Of a DNA stretch of 64,000 nt, positions 12,490 to 26,298 are shown piece after piece; the stretch's first letter is position 1; every line of letters begins with the position of its first letter. Where the stretch lies: positions 96,102,001-96,166,000 of the forward strand of contig NC_087472.1 of the NCBI RefSeq assembly GCF_036321535.1. Reading direction: 5' to 3'. The DNA comes from Camelus dromedarius. Taxonomy: Eukaryota. Position numbers and translations under genes: made by a program. Below the pieces are notes generated by a model. The model saw nothing but the letters and a program-made list of their open reading frames with translations, searched no databases and was not told the DNA's origin.

Positions 12490-13622
12490 CAGTAGGGGGT
12501 GCCTAGAGGAATGTGCATTTTAGTGGAGCTTTGTTAAACCAAATGAGTCCTAGATGGAAAACGTTCAGGCAGTGGGACAAAATAGTAAGAAGGATTCCAG
12601 ATGATGTGAAGAAGAGATTAGGACTAGCCATGATGTAATCTCTCTGCTTCATAGTGAAGGAGGTTTCACCCTACTTCTCAGAGAGTGGTGGCTGTGGATG
12701 GCTGGTTAAAGCACCATATGCCTCAGGAAATGATCTGGGTCCATATCTACCAGGGACTAGACCTACATGACTGGTAGACCATTTCCCTCCATTGGTCTGT
12801 TCCCCTTTCACCTCCGTATTATCTCAGGTTTGGAGAAATTTGTATATTGAAGACTCATGAGTGTTGCCATCTCATTTTATTGAGTTAATGGCGGAATCAG
12901 GAGGCATTTTAGTTATTCATTCATTCATTCACTCATTCATGCCTCTTTCTAAAAATAGATTTGAAGTGGTATCAAAACAACCACATTCAGTTCTCAACTG
13001 GGGCAGATACGGAAAATTGAATTGATCTTTCTATGTACAATGATGTAGAATTAAATCTGTACAAATATCACTGTGTATTCCCATACCTTTTGTGAGCTGA
13101 AAATTAGCCAAAGGCTTCTAACCTCATAGATCTTTTAATAGCATCACTTGTTATCGTAATAGTAGCCGGCATTTTTAGTTCTTAGTAGGTGGCATACCCT
13201 GTCCTAAGTACTTTATATGCCTTATTTCACATGATTATATTCAATGAAAGTACTCAAACTCCTAACCGCTAGCCTGTTCTGCTGAGTTGTCCCTCATTTT
13301 CTCCTAGTTCAATATTTAATCTCCTTGGGCAAGCAAGATTATTTACATTATTAATTGTAACAATGATAAATAAGTGATCACATTAACATTTTAATCATGC
13401 TTTTCTGTTCTCAATGTACTTTTCACACAAAAGCTAATCTCAATTTCTGTAAATTTAACTTTCTGACTGCTAACACTTTTGGGCACTATACATTGATACC
13501 CCCAAGCTGACACATGACCATTTCTGGCCATTGCTAATGATGCTGTTTACCAGCTAATAGGTATAAGCATTGTCATTAAATATTATATCTGAACAGAGGG
13601 GATAATTATGAATTTGATAACA

Positions 13623-13808
13623 CATTTGACCCTTGACCAATACAGAGGGCCGTCACTCTGCACAGTCAAAAATTCGAGTATAATTTAGCCCTCTGTATCT
13701 GAGGATTCAACACAGATGGTGTAGTACTGTGGTATTCACTATTGGAAAAAAAAATCTGTGTGTAAATGGACCTGCGCAGTTCAATCCCATGTTATTAAGG
13801 GTCAACTA
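13623..13808. mobile_element. Tigger2a-like TcMar MITE
   Basis: Terminal inverted repeats ttgacccttga..aa / tt..taagggtcaa. Confidence 0.8.
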
Positions 13809-13979
13809 TATTTTTAATTGCAGGATGGAAACTCCATTTATATGAAAGAGTTTGTTATTCATTTTCTTCGTATTTAACTTTGCTACTTGATTGAGACTTA
13901 TTTGGAAATAGGAGAATATCTGAACGTTATCTCAATTTCTCTTACCCCAAATGCTGTGAGGAAGTTTAGTTCCTCAATC

Positions 13980-14095
13980 ACACTAGCCACATTTCAAGTG
14001 CTCAATAGTCACACGTAGCTAGTGGCTACCTTCTTTGGACAGTGCAGATAAAGAATATTCCATCATTGCAGAAGGTTCTATTGGATTAATGCTGC
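13980..14095. mobile_element. MER3-like hAT-Charlie fragment
   Basis: tagccacatttcaagtgctcaatag...ttggacagtgcagata...gaaggttctattgga. Confidence 0.75.
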
Positions 14096-16255
14096 TTTAA
14101 GCCATAATGTCTCTTTTAGATATGTTGACACGTTTACTCAAAATATATTGCAGTTTTGTTACAAGTAATATGGATTTAAAATTTTACCATAAAATCCCAT
14201 TCATCTGAAGTTTCTTCATTTGCATAGCACCAAGTTAACTTTGATCTGCAAATTAATAATATAGATAAGAGTCAAGGAGACGTTAAAGCACTTCAGAGAC
14301 CAGAGATTTTTAAGCACCATCAAATAACTCCAGAAGCACTCACTTAGATGCAAGCAATTGATATGATAATTACACATCACTTTTATTTATTCATTAAAAC
14401 AGGGATCCCCTCAAGTACCCTGGTAGAAAATAGTGTGGTTAGCCTAGTTCTTTCTAGCAGCCCTTCTGCTATTCCTAAAATCTATGTAAAATCATTTTAT
14501 ACCACTGATTTACTGTCCTCTCTTCCTTTGGTTCATAAAGTAAGTTGGTAGTATAAATCTAATTCCAAAGTCCTTGCTTCTTCCACCATATCAATGGTGT
14601 GGAGTGCTCCTGTGGGCCCCTCATAGAGCCTGGCACATAGTAGGGGTTCCATAAAAATCTGTTGATTGACTGACAGAGACAGTTTTTTCAAGATGTCACA
14701 CAGTGGAGTCGACTGATTTTCTACAGAGAATTTAAGGCTCAAGATGAAAACTGTATCCCATTTCTTCTTGTCCCTTTACCAGTCTTTGCTGCAAAGTCTT
14801 CATGGTGAGAAAAGGGGTTCCTGTTTGCCAGAAAGAGATGTTTTCTGGACATTCAGGCGAGGGGTGGGGGTGGGGAGTGCTATGCAGCCTGAGGATTTGG
14901 AAACGAAATCTGCCGGCTCCTTTAGAAGGGACGGCTGTCTTCCCATATATTATGCTGAACACATTTGCCAGGTAACAGGATAGAAGAATAGAATTTTGAG
15001 TTATTTAGAGAAGAATGGCACTCATATTCTTGAATCTTTAGCTGAGGTGGTTTCTTACAACTTCCTTGGTTTTATCATACCAAAAACATCCATCCCTCTT
15101 TAGCAAAAATGAAGCTCAATTCCTCAATTTAGCAGTAAGTTGCAAAGAATATGATTTGTCACCTCTTTATCTTCTTGAAGGAAAATGTCTAGTGTGTAGG
15201 CCATACGCAAGAAAAAAATGAATAGAAACTATGTAAGTATACGTGGAATATTTAGTCTTTATTTGGAGGGAATTAAACAATTTAGAACCCTCCACGTTTC
15301 TAAAGTTTAGCTAGCTAAACATTTTGTTTCCTGCCACATGTAGGAGCCAATCTCTGATTCGGGAAAGGCTAGAAAGAGATCTTTTTGTCATTCAGCCTTT
15401 GCCAGCTCCTATGTATAACTGTGGCAGAGTCAGGACCATTTGAAAACTTAACAAGTGGGCCAAAAAGAAAACCACCACAACGATCTGAGCATTTTTTAAA
15501 GCCACTTAAAAGGAAAGTAGATACTACATTTTTACTTTTTGTTCCAAAATGCAATTAGGCTTTTTTCTTCTCATCCCCCTGTAATTCCTGCACATGAATC
15601 CTAATATTACAGGAACACACATTTATTTACACAGCTTTCAACCAACTCAACACAGTCTTTGTCTCCTTTGGAGACTATATGGTAGACAGATCCAAGGGTC
15701 ATGTGTCCTCCTAACCAATCAGCAGGTGTATAATCACTTTCATAGGCTGCTCTGCTGATAGCACGTGCGCCATCCCTGGTACAACTGAATCTGAGTTTCT
15801 AGAAGACACTAATATCTCTCCCTAAACTATAGAGCCCCACTCAGTGTGGTCCTCTAAGGCAAGCCCTGACAATCAAGCATCTGGGAACTCTCTCTGGCTC
15901 ACCAAAATGGCTCAGTGAGCATGCAGAACCCGGGGAGTAAGAGGCTGGACTTGGGAGTGCCTTGTGAAATCTGGGGTTCCCTTGGTCTTTCCAGTGCTGG
16001 GAACTCTGGGGAGAAGAGGAATCTTACTGGTTTCTCTTATTTTTGTCCTTTATTCTAAGGGAATTGGAGCCAGCTCTCAAATACCATGGAGTAAAGAATA
16101 TACAAGAACTGGCATAAAATTAATCTTGTCCATTCTCATGATGAGACCTCATAATGTGAAAACATACTCTTTATTTCAATCTCGCCCCAGATATTAGGAC
16201 ATTTTAGTTCTCTTTGTCTTTCTATGAACTACAAATCCTCTCTCTCTCTTTTTAA

Positions 16256-16311
16256 AAAAAATGTTTAATTTTGTATTGAAGTGTAGTTGATTTACAGTGT
16301 TAGTTTCAGGT
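16256..16311 (-). mobile_element. Very short L1 3' end
   Basis: tattgaagtgtagttgatttacagtgttagtttcagg, flanked by repeated tctctctctctctt. Confidence 0.7.
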
Positions 16312-17956
16312 TCTCTCTCTCTCTTACACACACACAAACACACACAGAAGGAGAAAAAGAGTTTTAAAAATTGGAAGTATGGCCCAGGACAAAAAGAAAG
16401 ATAGTATCTGTTTCAAATCTGTCTTCCTCAGTTCCATTAAGTCATAAATAAATTTAAAAAAAAACAGAAGCATTTAAATGATAATTCTTTCGAAAGCAAA
16501 GACCAGTATGATTTTTAACAGCACCATCATATTTACTAAAAAAAATCAGTCTTTAAGAGTTTGCCCTACATGTATATTTTTGCTCTGTATGTTCTTTGAG
16601 AGTGGAGACTATCACATTCATCTTGGATGCTTGGCTTCCTGGCGTATGGTAGGTGCTTCGTAGATGTTTGTTGAATGAGTGAAAGGAATTTAAATCGCTG
16701 TTTATTCTATATCCTCTGTGCCCAGAGAGAGTTCTGAGTTTGTCCATTTAAGGTTTTCTCTAGGTCATCTAGGAGAATGGGTGGGTTTCAACTCAGCCTT
16801 TGAGACATGGATCAGTGTTGGGTGGACTGACTTCTACTCCAGCCTCTAAACTGATTGACATTATCATAAACACTGGCAACAAAGATGTAATCACTGTTTA
16901 TAAGGCTCTCCACCCCAAATCCTACCAGACTCCTAGGGTTGCTATAGGTTTGTGAAATCTGAAGGCCAGGTGGAACCTGCTTAGAGATACCAGAGGTGGC
17001 AATCTACAACTCTTCCTCAGCCTCCCCTGAGATGGGCAGAGCTACATCAGCCTCCAAGAGAGATGGGTACACAGATCTGTCCCAGAAATTCTTTTCCATG
17101 TGGCTACAAAACTTTTCTTTAGGATGGCAATTGAAAGACTTTCTTAAATATCACACAAGGAATTCAAGACAAAAATGGAGCATTAATAAGAGTTTATTAG
17201 GGCTTTCTCCATTATGCAAGGTAGGAGAGAGTTATAATCACTAGGAAGCACAGAAGTCTCCTGACCGCATACAATGTGGACCAATAGATCAATTAATTGA
17301 AAAATAAAATGGTTATAATGGAGACTTATTTATTTAAATGATACATACATACATTAAACGTTATATTTACATTTAAAATAAATATATCATTAATTTGCCA
17401 ATCCTTTAATTGAGCCGCTGATTAGAACTCTGTTTTCTTTTTCTTCATTAGGCATACACATATGCAATGTTTCTGATTTCCATTTTTGGATTATTCTAAA
17501 TGAAGTGAAAAGTCAAGATACTTTCAAAACCCTCTGAGTATGCAATCCTAGATTTGGGGGGATTTTGTCCCCTATCTTTTACAGTAGTCTTGTCCTCACC
17601 TAATTCAACCGCAATCTTTTTTCAGGCACAATTTTTAAAAGTCACATGACTGCTATATCTTGTCTTTCCAAAACAACTTAGTTACTTTTTAAAAAAACCT
17701 CTTTTTGATCATTTGATCAGTTTATATAACATTAAATTATATTATTACAGTCACAAGTGCAATGGGCATAAACAGATTTGGGGAAAAATTCAGTTAACTC
17801 TTGGAAAATGTACAACTCAACTGGTGGGAGCAGAAGTGTCCAGGCATTCTCAAGAGTAGCTTATCTACTTAGCCAGAAGCTTTCAGAGTGCTCTTAGAAC
17901 TCTTAGAGGAAATAGAAAGCGTTGCTAAATTCTGTAGGTTGGTTAACTTGCAGCTT

Positions 17957-18113
17957 TTAAAAAATTACTTCATTTTATTTTAATTATCTTTTTTCGGGGG
18001 GAGATAATTAGGTTTACTTACTTATTTATTTTTAGAGGAAGTACTGGGGATTGAACCTGGGTCCCTGTGTATACTAAGCATGTGCTCTACCACTTGAACT
18101 ATACCCACTTGCC
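17957..18113 (-). mobile_element. tRNA-Ala-derived SINE (vic-1-like)
   Basis: gtactggggattgaacc...tgctctaccacttgaactatacc; degenerate TSD ttaacttg.ag. Confidence 0.9.
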
Positions 18114-18299
18114 TTAACTTGGAGGTTGTTTAAGGGAATCTCTACTGTTTCTTTTAGGGCATGGAATGTTAATATAATAGTCATCAGAGCAGGAAGGAAA
18201 TCTTTCTGTCTTCCATGCCTCGGGTGTTTAATTGTTTAATTGCTCATTGTTTAATGAGCACCTACTTTGGGGTAGGCACTCTGGAGACTGAAAGAGACA

Positions 18300-19140
18300 T
18301 TCTTTTAAAGATATAACTCACATTTTAAAGTATGTAAGTCAGTGTTTTTAGTATATTCACAGGGTTATGCAACCATCAACATAATTTAATTTTAGAACAC
18401 TTTCATCATACCCCCAAAGAAACTGCGAACTAATTGGCAGTCACTCTCCCTTCCCTCCCAGTACCCCTGGCACCAGGCAACCACTAATCTACTTTCTGTC
18501 ATATGGATTTACCTATTTTGGACATTTCATATACATGAAATCACACAATATGTGGTCTTTTGTGCCTGGCTTCTTTTACTTAGCATGTTTTCAAGGTTCA
18601 ATCATGTTGTAGCATGTATTGAGAATCCATTCTTTATTTGTGGCCAAGTAATATTCCATTGTATGGATATATCACCATTTGTTTCTCCATTCATCAGTCA
18701 ATGGGCATTTGGGCTGTTTCTACTTCTTGGTTGTTGTGAATGATGCTGCTGTGATATTCATGCACCAATTGTTTTGTGGACGTATGTTTTCAATTCTCTT
18801 GGATATATACCTAGGCGTGGGATTGCCAGTTCAAATGGCAACTCTACTTTTAACTTTTTTAGGAACTGCCAAATTATTTTCCAAAAAGGCTGCATCATTT
18901 TACATTCTCTCGAGCAATGTGTGAAGGTTCCGATTTCTCCATATACTCACCAACACTTATTTCCCATTTTTAAAACATTATAGACATTCTACTGGGTGTG
19001 AAGTGATATTTCATTGTGGTTTTGACTTGCATTTCCCTAATGGCTAATAATGTTGAGCATTTTTTAATGTGTTCATTGGCTATTTGTATGTCTTCTTTGG
19101 AGAAATATCTATTCAAATTCTTTACCAACTTTGAATTGTG
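18300..19140 (-). mobile_element. L1MB-like 3' region
   Basis: Antisense L1 3'UTR and ORF2 C-terminal text (gcaaccactaatctactttctgtc, catttccctaatggctaataatgttgagc). Confidence 0.88.
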
Positions 19141-19306
19141 TTATATGTCCCAAAGACCCATCTTTACCCTAAAGCAAGATTTCTCAACTTTGGCATTACT
19201 GACATTTTGGGATGGCTAATTCTTTGTTGTGTGGGGTTTTCCTGTGCATTAGCCATTTGTATATCTTCTTTGGAGAAATGTCTATTCAAATTCTTTGCCC
19301 ATTTTG

Positions 19307-19426
19307 GGTTTTTTTGTTTGTTTGTTTGCTTTTAATTTTTTTTAAATGGAGGCACTGGGGATTGAACCCAGGACCTCATGCATGCTAAGCGTGCATTCTA
19401 CCACTGAACTATACACACTCCTGTTT
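19307..19426 (-). mobile_element. tRNA-Ala-derived SINE (vic-1-like)
   Basis: ctggggattgaacccaggacctcatgcatgctaagc; TSD tttg(c/t)ccattttg at 19294-19306 and 19427-19439. Confidence 0.9.
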
Positions 19427-19481
19427 TTTGTCCATTTTGAATTGTGTTTGTTATGTTTCAAAGACTCATCTTTGCCCTAAA

Positions 19482-19693
19482 GCAAAGTTTCTCAACCTTG
19501 GCATTATTGACATTTTGGGCTGGATAGTTCTTTGTTGTGTGGGGTTTTCTGTGTAGGATGTTTAACAGCATCCCTGGTCTTTACTCACCAGATACCAGTA
19601 GCACCCTCCAACTTATGACAATCAAAGCAGTCACTGCAAAATCACAGTGTATGGGAGGGGCACAAAATCTTTCCTAATCAAGAATCAGTGCTC
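19482..19693. mobile_element. MER20
   Basis: tttctcaaccttggcattattgacattttgggctggata...cagcatccctgg...agaatcagtg. Confidence 0.85.
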
Positions 19694-21329
19694 TAAAAGA
19701 TCCTTCTGTGCATCTAAGAAACACTTACATGGAAATGTAACTCAGGTTTAGTGAAGTGGTGGAGGCAGAATTCAGTGTGAGTGGGTTGAGGATTATGTAG
19801 GAAAGTGGAGGGACCCTGGGGGCAGGAACTGATCTTACCAAGTCTGGTTGGTGACTTTATTGACAATATAGGAGAGAAATATCAAGGTTACAAATGAGAA
19901 TTAGGTAACATTATGAGATAAACAATCAGTCAATATAATAGAATAACACAAAATGAGTTGTAAGACTATATATGAAAGTATCAAAAGTGTGGTGTATCTT
20001 GAACTACTGATAGGATTTCTGAGAAAGGGAATCGACTGTGAGCTAGTCTCTGGGGCAGAGTGTCATCCCTTGATGCTGCTAGGCATTAGGACTATTAAGC
20101 GGCCTTTCCCTGTTAGATAGCTCTCAGCTTCACATCTCATGAGTCTCGTCTCTTGGTGGGGATGTGTACACATCTGTCTCAGACATAGATGGTTGCATTG
20201 TAAGGAATAATATGCACTAAAGTTAGCTTTTTCAGTAGGGGGGAAGGCTAAGGGCTGTCTAGTGGAGTCCACAGAAAGCTGAAAAGTAGGCCTCAGCAAG
20301 GACAGGAACCAGAGCAGCCTGAGAAGCCCTCAGGAGGGGTCATCTGTGGACAAACTTACTCTACTGTTCTGGCCACGGCTCAGCTCTGGACCCATTGGTT
20401 CCCATATCTAAGTTCTAAGTTCTAATTTCTGAAAGAGGGTATCTGAGGATCGGAGAAACCACTGAATGGGCCGTGGCTTGGCTCTCTTCATCGGGTATCC
20501 TAACCCAATTCCCTAGGCTACGGGGTGGGGCAGTTTTCCTAGAGTAGATGGGGTGGGGTGAGGGAGAAATGAAGAAATGGGAATCATATCATAGATCCTT
20601 AAGCCATCCTACCACCCATACAGATTTCCCCCCACTTTTTACCTTCTATCTTCTTTTTATCCCCACTGCCCCCGCACCCCACAAAAAGACAATGCTACAC
20701 ATCTCACAGAAATGACCTTACCAATGTTTGCCAGTTGAATACACAGCTATCACCGTTTACCTCTTTCCTTCAGTGTCTATGGCACTGTGGTCTTGATCTC
20801 AAGTATCCTGATTTTAGAAAGCGGCTGGGAGGAGGCAGATTACCCATAATGTCTTCTGTTTAATAATGACATAGTAGGCAGGTGTCATCTAACCTGAGAC
20901 GGGCAATTTTAACAAGAGAAATATACCTGTGTGGGGAGCAGTGTCTGAAACCCCTTTGTCCCAGTCCTCCCCCATTGCATAACAGTTGGGAATAAAGACT
21001 ACCGACCTGTTGGGAGATGGTACATCCTTCCCACTAGTTAATAAAGTAATGCCCTGCCTTCACAGTCTATTAATTAAGAAGGTAATCAGTGCATGCTTCA
21101 AGTTTGCTATTTGAAACTCAAAGGCAATAAAATCAGAATACTACTCAGATTTTTGTTTCTCATAAAGAAATGAGTAACAAATTAGGGCCACAGAGATAGA
21201 GTAATCACATTTTGAATGATTTCTCCTGAGCATGCCTTTAATAACCTGTATGCGTTGGGTAAAAATAACAAAGAAAGGCAAAGTTAATTATCTAGAAAAA
21301 GCTTCATCAAAGAGTTTTAGTCACCCTAG

Positions 21330-21556
21330 CCCAGGGTTTCTCAGTCTTGGTACTGCTGATATTTGGGGCCAGATAAGTCTTTGTTATGGGGAGCAATCAT
21401 GTGCATATAGTAGGATTTTTAACAGCATCCCTGGTCCCTAACCAGTAGATGCCAGGAGCAACCCCCTACCCCTACACCCAAGTTGTGACAACCAAAAATG
21501 TCTCTAGACATTTTTAAATGTCCCCTGTGGGGCAAAATCACCCTGGATTGAAAACA
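21330..21556. mobile_element. MER20
   Basis: gggtttctcagtcttggtactgctgatatttggggccagataa...gttgtgacaaccaaaaatgtctctagacat. Confidence 0.88.
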
Positions 21557-22039
21557 AATGAATTAACCACATACATTCCTTCTCACCCCTCATCACCTGG
21601 ATCCCTCCAGGGCTTGCTGTTTTAAACCCTTGGAACCAAACATTTCATACCAGGGCCATCTACATTTTTCAGGGAATTATTTAAAAAGAAACTGACTGGT
21701 TCAAAATTACTTGTCCAGATAACAAGAAGGGCTCCTTGCATTTCTGTATTGAAAAGTAGGACACAAAAGGAACAAACGAAGATTTCTAATAAAGGCATTT
21801 ATTTAAGGCACTCAGCTAAACACTTTACTTACATTTAATCCCTACAAAACCCTCAGGGACATCATTGGCCTTATTTTATTGGTGAGGAAACCGAGGCCTA
21901 AAGAGGTAAAGGAATTTGCTGAAAAACAGTTTGTAATTCAGCAGTGGAGCTGGAAGTCTGATGGCAAATTGGTGCATTTATACATACTGCCTCGGTATAG
22001 GCACTTGAAGTGCTAGGCAGCTAATAACGCAGCGACCTA

Positions 22040-23880
22040 GTTTTATCTTTTCAAAAAATACTTTTATAATGCAGAGCTTCAAACACATGCACAATTAGAC
22101 AAAACAGACCTTTCCCCTTTGTGCTGTTCATGTACTCCTCACCCCGCTTTAACAATGATCAACTCAGGACCAATCGGGTTTCATCAAGAGCTTCTCAACA
22201 TCGGCTTTATTGACCTTTTGGGCTGGATAATTGTTTATGTGTGTCCAGTTCACACACAAGACAAGGCAAGACCAAAGCTAATGTTGGACTGTTTCAGTTG
22301 GTAAAAATACATGGAGTCGCTTCTGGATTCACACAGTTTATTACTTACGTAGACAGTGAAAGAAACGAAGCCATTTTCCTGTAGTCCTCGTCCCCCACAC
22401 CAAAAGGACAACTCAGAAACCAAAGAGGCTGGATGACCTTAACTCCCTTTGCCAAGGAGCCCACTGCAGGTCACGACTAACTGGCTTTCTATTTTTCATC
22501 TCTGGACCAAAAGAGGCAGGACAGGAAGCTCCGTATCTCAATAGACCAAGGAGGCGATTAGAAACTGTCTCATGACAGCCTTCAAGAGGACATAGGGAGG
22601 CGAGTGGAAGACGGCCTCAGCGCAACTCCTATCAGGCCACCCACCTCTCATGTTCCGGGAAGATCACAGGGCGTTCTGCCAACACTCAGATGAGCTGCAG
22701 TTTAAGTCTTTGCTGGGCTGAAATATGTGGTTACGTCAAGGTCGTCTGGGTGCCAGGGCCAAGCCATTCCCCCATAGTAGAGCGCTTTTCCTGTCCACTG
22801 TAGGTTGCTCAGCAGCATCCCTGGCCTCCACCGACTAGATGCCTGGACCACCACCTCCCAAGGTGTGGCAACCACAAATGTCTCCAGACATCACTAAATG
22901 TACAGTGGGGGCAAACACTGCACCCAGCTAGAGCCCCATCCTCTCCTCACACCCACATAATATAGTTCATCTGCCAATTCTTCAGTATCTATTTCTAAAA
23001 TAAAGTTTTAAAAAATATAAGCACAGTATCATTTTCCTACCTAAACAAGTTGATAGCAATTCTTTCATCACATCCAGAAAGTGTTCAAAATTCCAACTGT
23101 TTCATAAACATTGTAATTTTTTTACAGTGTTTTGAGTCCGCATCCTGATAACAGAGTCTATATACTGCAATTCATTGCTCTGTCTTCTAGATTTCATCTC
23201 TCATTTTTTTGGTTGCAGAAACTAGGTTTGTCCTGTAGAGCTTCCCACAATCCGGATTTTGCTGCCTGCCTCCCTGTGGTGTTGACATACTGCTTTATCC
23301 CTTCTGTATTTCCCATGTATTGGTCTTGGATCAAGAGGTGTGGTCAAAGCCAGATTCTGTTTACTTGGTAAACTACTTCACAGGTGGTGCTGTACTTCTG
23401 TCAGGAGGCTGTAACATTTGGGGTTGTCTTTTTGTCATGTTAGTAGTTGTTGATGCTCAATGCCTAGATGCAGCCATTCACTAGGCGTTATCAAATAGAG
23501 CTAGTCTAATTCATTACTTTCTTCATGCCCTTCACACCTTCATTACTCATTCTCAGATTCTCGCTTCTTCCTTACTATCTGGTCACCCAGAGGTACAGTC
23601 TGTATTGGAAAGGGAAGATAAATGCTTAATTCTTTCCCTCTAGTTCCCAGTTTTCAAATAATGCATTTTGTTCCTTTGCATCTTCCAATGCAGAAACTGA
23701 GGTTTTTGGTTTGTGTGGGTTTGGTTTTTTTTTTTTTGGTAGTTTTATGAACTTATGGATTTAAACATATTGAGTGGATTTCAGTCCATTGCACTTCTTA
23801 CTCCTGTTGATCTTACCTTTTCAGCTTTGGTTGGCAGGACTCTCTCCAACTTGCCTCCTAAGTCCTTTTGATAATTTCTA
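22040..23880 (-). mobile_element. Old L1 (L1ME/MC-like) hosting a MER20 (about 22187-22935), itself split by an LTR-like insert (about 22240-22774)
   Basis: The two MER20 halves (ttctcaacatcggc..gggctggataatt / tcctgtccactgtagg..cagcatccctggcctc) are separated by about 535 bp starting TG and ending CA. Confidence 0.65.
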
Positions 23881-23953
23881 TCCTTAAAAAAAAAGGATAA
23901 TAGACTTTATATATGCACATGAGTATTTTTATCTTCACAGTTTTGCTCTACAA

Positions 23954-24123
23954 CAGTGTTAAAGTGCAGGCCTCAGGCAACACCTGTGAGTTGATGGAAC
24001 ATCATATTGATGGCCCCTACCCTGGCCTACTGAATTAGTATCTCTGGGAACCGGCCCAGTAAACGATAGTTTAACAAGTTCTCCAGGTGATTCTTATGTA
24101 TATTAACGTTTGAGAATCTCTGC
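23954..24123. mobile_element. MER5-family MITE
   Basis: cctactgaattag..tctctggg...tttaacaagttctccaggtgattcttatg...tttgagaatc. Confidence 0.75.
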
Positions 24124-25534
24124 TCTCCAAGAATTGACTTTAGAGTCTTGCTTTGTGTCACTTTCCTCACTTAAGATCTCAAGCCCTTCAGGAATTTTTC
24201 ACCAGGGTAGACCCCTCCTGTTCTTATTGGGTATCATCAGAGGGCACAATCATCATTGAGGGTTATTTCTGATATTTTTGAAACAACCAAAAGTCAATTA
24301 ATTGATAGTTTGATAGGTAAATGATAAATCTGGTTAATACCTCTTTGGATCCCAAAATTCCAATATAAGAACTGCTTTTCATAAGTGGCCTTATAAAGTT
24401 GCCATGATGTAAATTGCAGAAGAATTACTCCAAAAATGTCTTGAGCAATGATGGTATTATATTGCTAGGGACTGCCGTGGTTTAATGCTGATGGTTTTGC
24501 TCCTTTTAAGTTCCTACAGTTGAATGGTGTGATGAGGTTATCTAGACTGTTTTGTAGAAATGAAGGATTATTTTTCTTTGATAGTGCTTATTCCATGCTT
24601 GCTTACTTGCTTACTCAGGAGAATTTCTTCTTGAGTGAAGATTGGCTTCTCTGGAAGCACACTGACTCTACATAGTTACTCTCAAGAACCATTAGTGAGT
24701 CATTCGACGTAGCCTCTCATCTGACAATTAAGTGGACTAGGTTTAAAATGATTGTTGTTATACATATTGAAGGTTTTTACATAGCCAGCTTCTTGGGACA
24801 CATGCACTAGTAGGGCTTATTTCTTTCGATGCAAACAAAATAGAGATTCTGGGAAAAAAGAGAGCCTAGAAGTCTGAGGGTCAAAACCCATGTGCTAATA
24901 AAGCCTCTCATCATCTCTCCTGCAGCATAACTCTTATTTTGGTTTTATAATTTTTAAAGTTTTGATACTGTGCCCACAACCAATTAGGCCAGAATCTCTA
25001 GGGAGTGTGGGTGTGGCCTCAGTGGGTTTGACGGCCCCCCAGGTGATTCTGATGTACAGCCAAGGCTGAGAACCTTAGGAAGCAGAGATAACAAGGGACT
25101 TTATTAAGACATGAACTTATACCCCTAAAGTGTTAGGCCTTCTTTTATTCAAGAATAAAATATTTGATAGACTTGGGGACCTTGGGGAAGATCACTTCTC
25201 ACCCCTTGATGTTATTCATAGGTTGACATTTCACTCACAGAAAAGATATCCTGGTGAGTCCACTTCTGCTTATATTATGAAGAACCATCAGATGATACTT
25301 TTTGGAAGATTTATTAGAGGAGGTGGAGACATCATCTTGGATGAGTGTTTCATGATGACATCCTCCATTGGCACCTACTGAATGAGTCAAATATGAGATT
25401 TATAGGGGCTTAATAAAAGGTTTTATCTAACTGAATTATAGCATTTAATGTCAAACTAAATGAAAAGCTTTCAATAAGAAGGCTCTCCAAAGCAAACAAA
25501 CCGAGCAGAGCATGGGAACTGAGCTACAGCGGTG

Positions 25535-25715
25535 GCAGACCATGAGCAGGGGCTCTGAAGTCCAGCAGACCTGAATTTGAAACTCAGCTCTGCCACTGAC
25601 CAGCTCCATGACCTTTTGCAAATGACTTAACCTCTGTAATCACTGATTCTTTCTGCCCAACCTGGTATAAGGCTTGGGCCTGACACAGAGTAGGGTTTCA
25701 TAAATTACTAAGTAT
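25535..25715. mobile_element. MIR
   Basis: agacctgaatttgaaactcagctctgccactgaccagct..tgacc..gcaaatgacttaacctct core. Confidence 0.75.
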
Positions 25716-25785
25716 TAAAATGACAGGCAGTGTATTGCTGAATATCTGGAGATGAGAGACCAGGTCCAGCTCATGCTAAGAAAGG

Positions 25786-26298
25786 TGTTATGGGCAGAAT
25801 CAGGCCCCCTACCCCCACCCAAGATGTCCACATCCTAATTCCCAGAACCTGGGAGACGAGTTACTTTACATGGCCAAAGGCATTTTACAGAGGTAATTAA
25901 ACTAAAGATCTTGTGATGGGAGAAAGGAGCCTGGGTTATCCAGGTGGGGCTTATGTAATCACAAGGGTCTTTTCAAGAGGAGGACGCCTGCAGGAGAGTT
26001 AGAGAAGATGGGATTACTGAGGCGGGGGCTGGCGTGATGTAATGGCTGGCTTTGAAGGTAGAAGAAAAAGGGGTATGAGCCAAGGAATGCAGGCAGCTTT
26101 AGAAGCTGGAAAAAGCAAGGAAACTGATTTTCCTCTAGAGCCTCCAGAAGAAATGCAGCCTTCCTGATACATTGGTTTTAGCCCACTGAGATCCATTTCA
26201 GTCTTCTGACCTCCAGAACTTGAAGGTAATAAATTTGTGTTGTTTTAAGCCACTAGGTTTGTGGTACATTGTTACAGCTGCAGTAGGATACTAACACA
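25786..26298 (+). mobile_element. MaLR solo LTR (MLT1D/C-like)
   Basis: tgttatgggcagaat..ccaagatgtccacatcctaat...aataaatttgtgttgttttaagccacta..actaaca. Confidence 0.88.
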
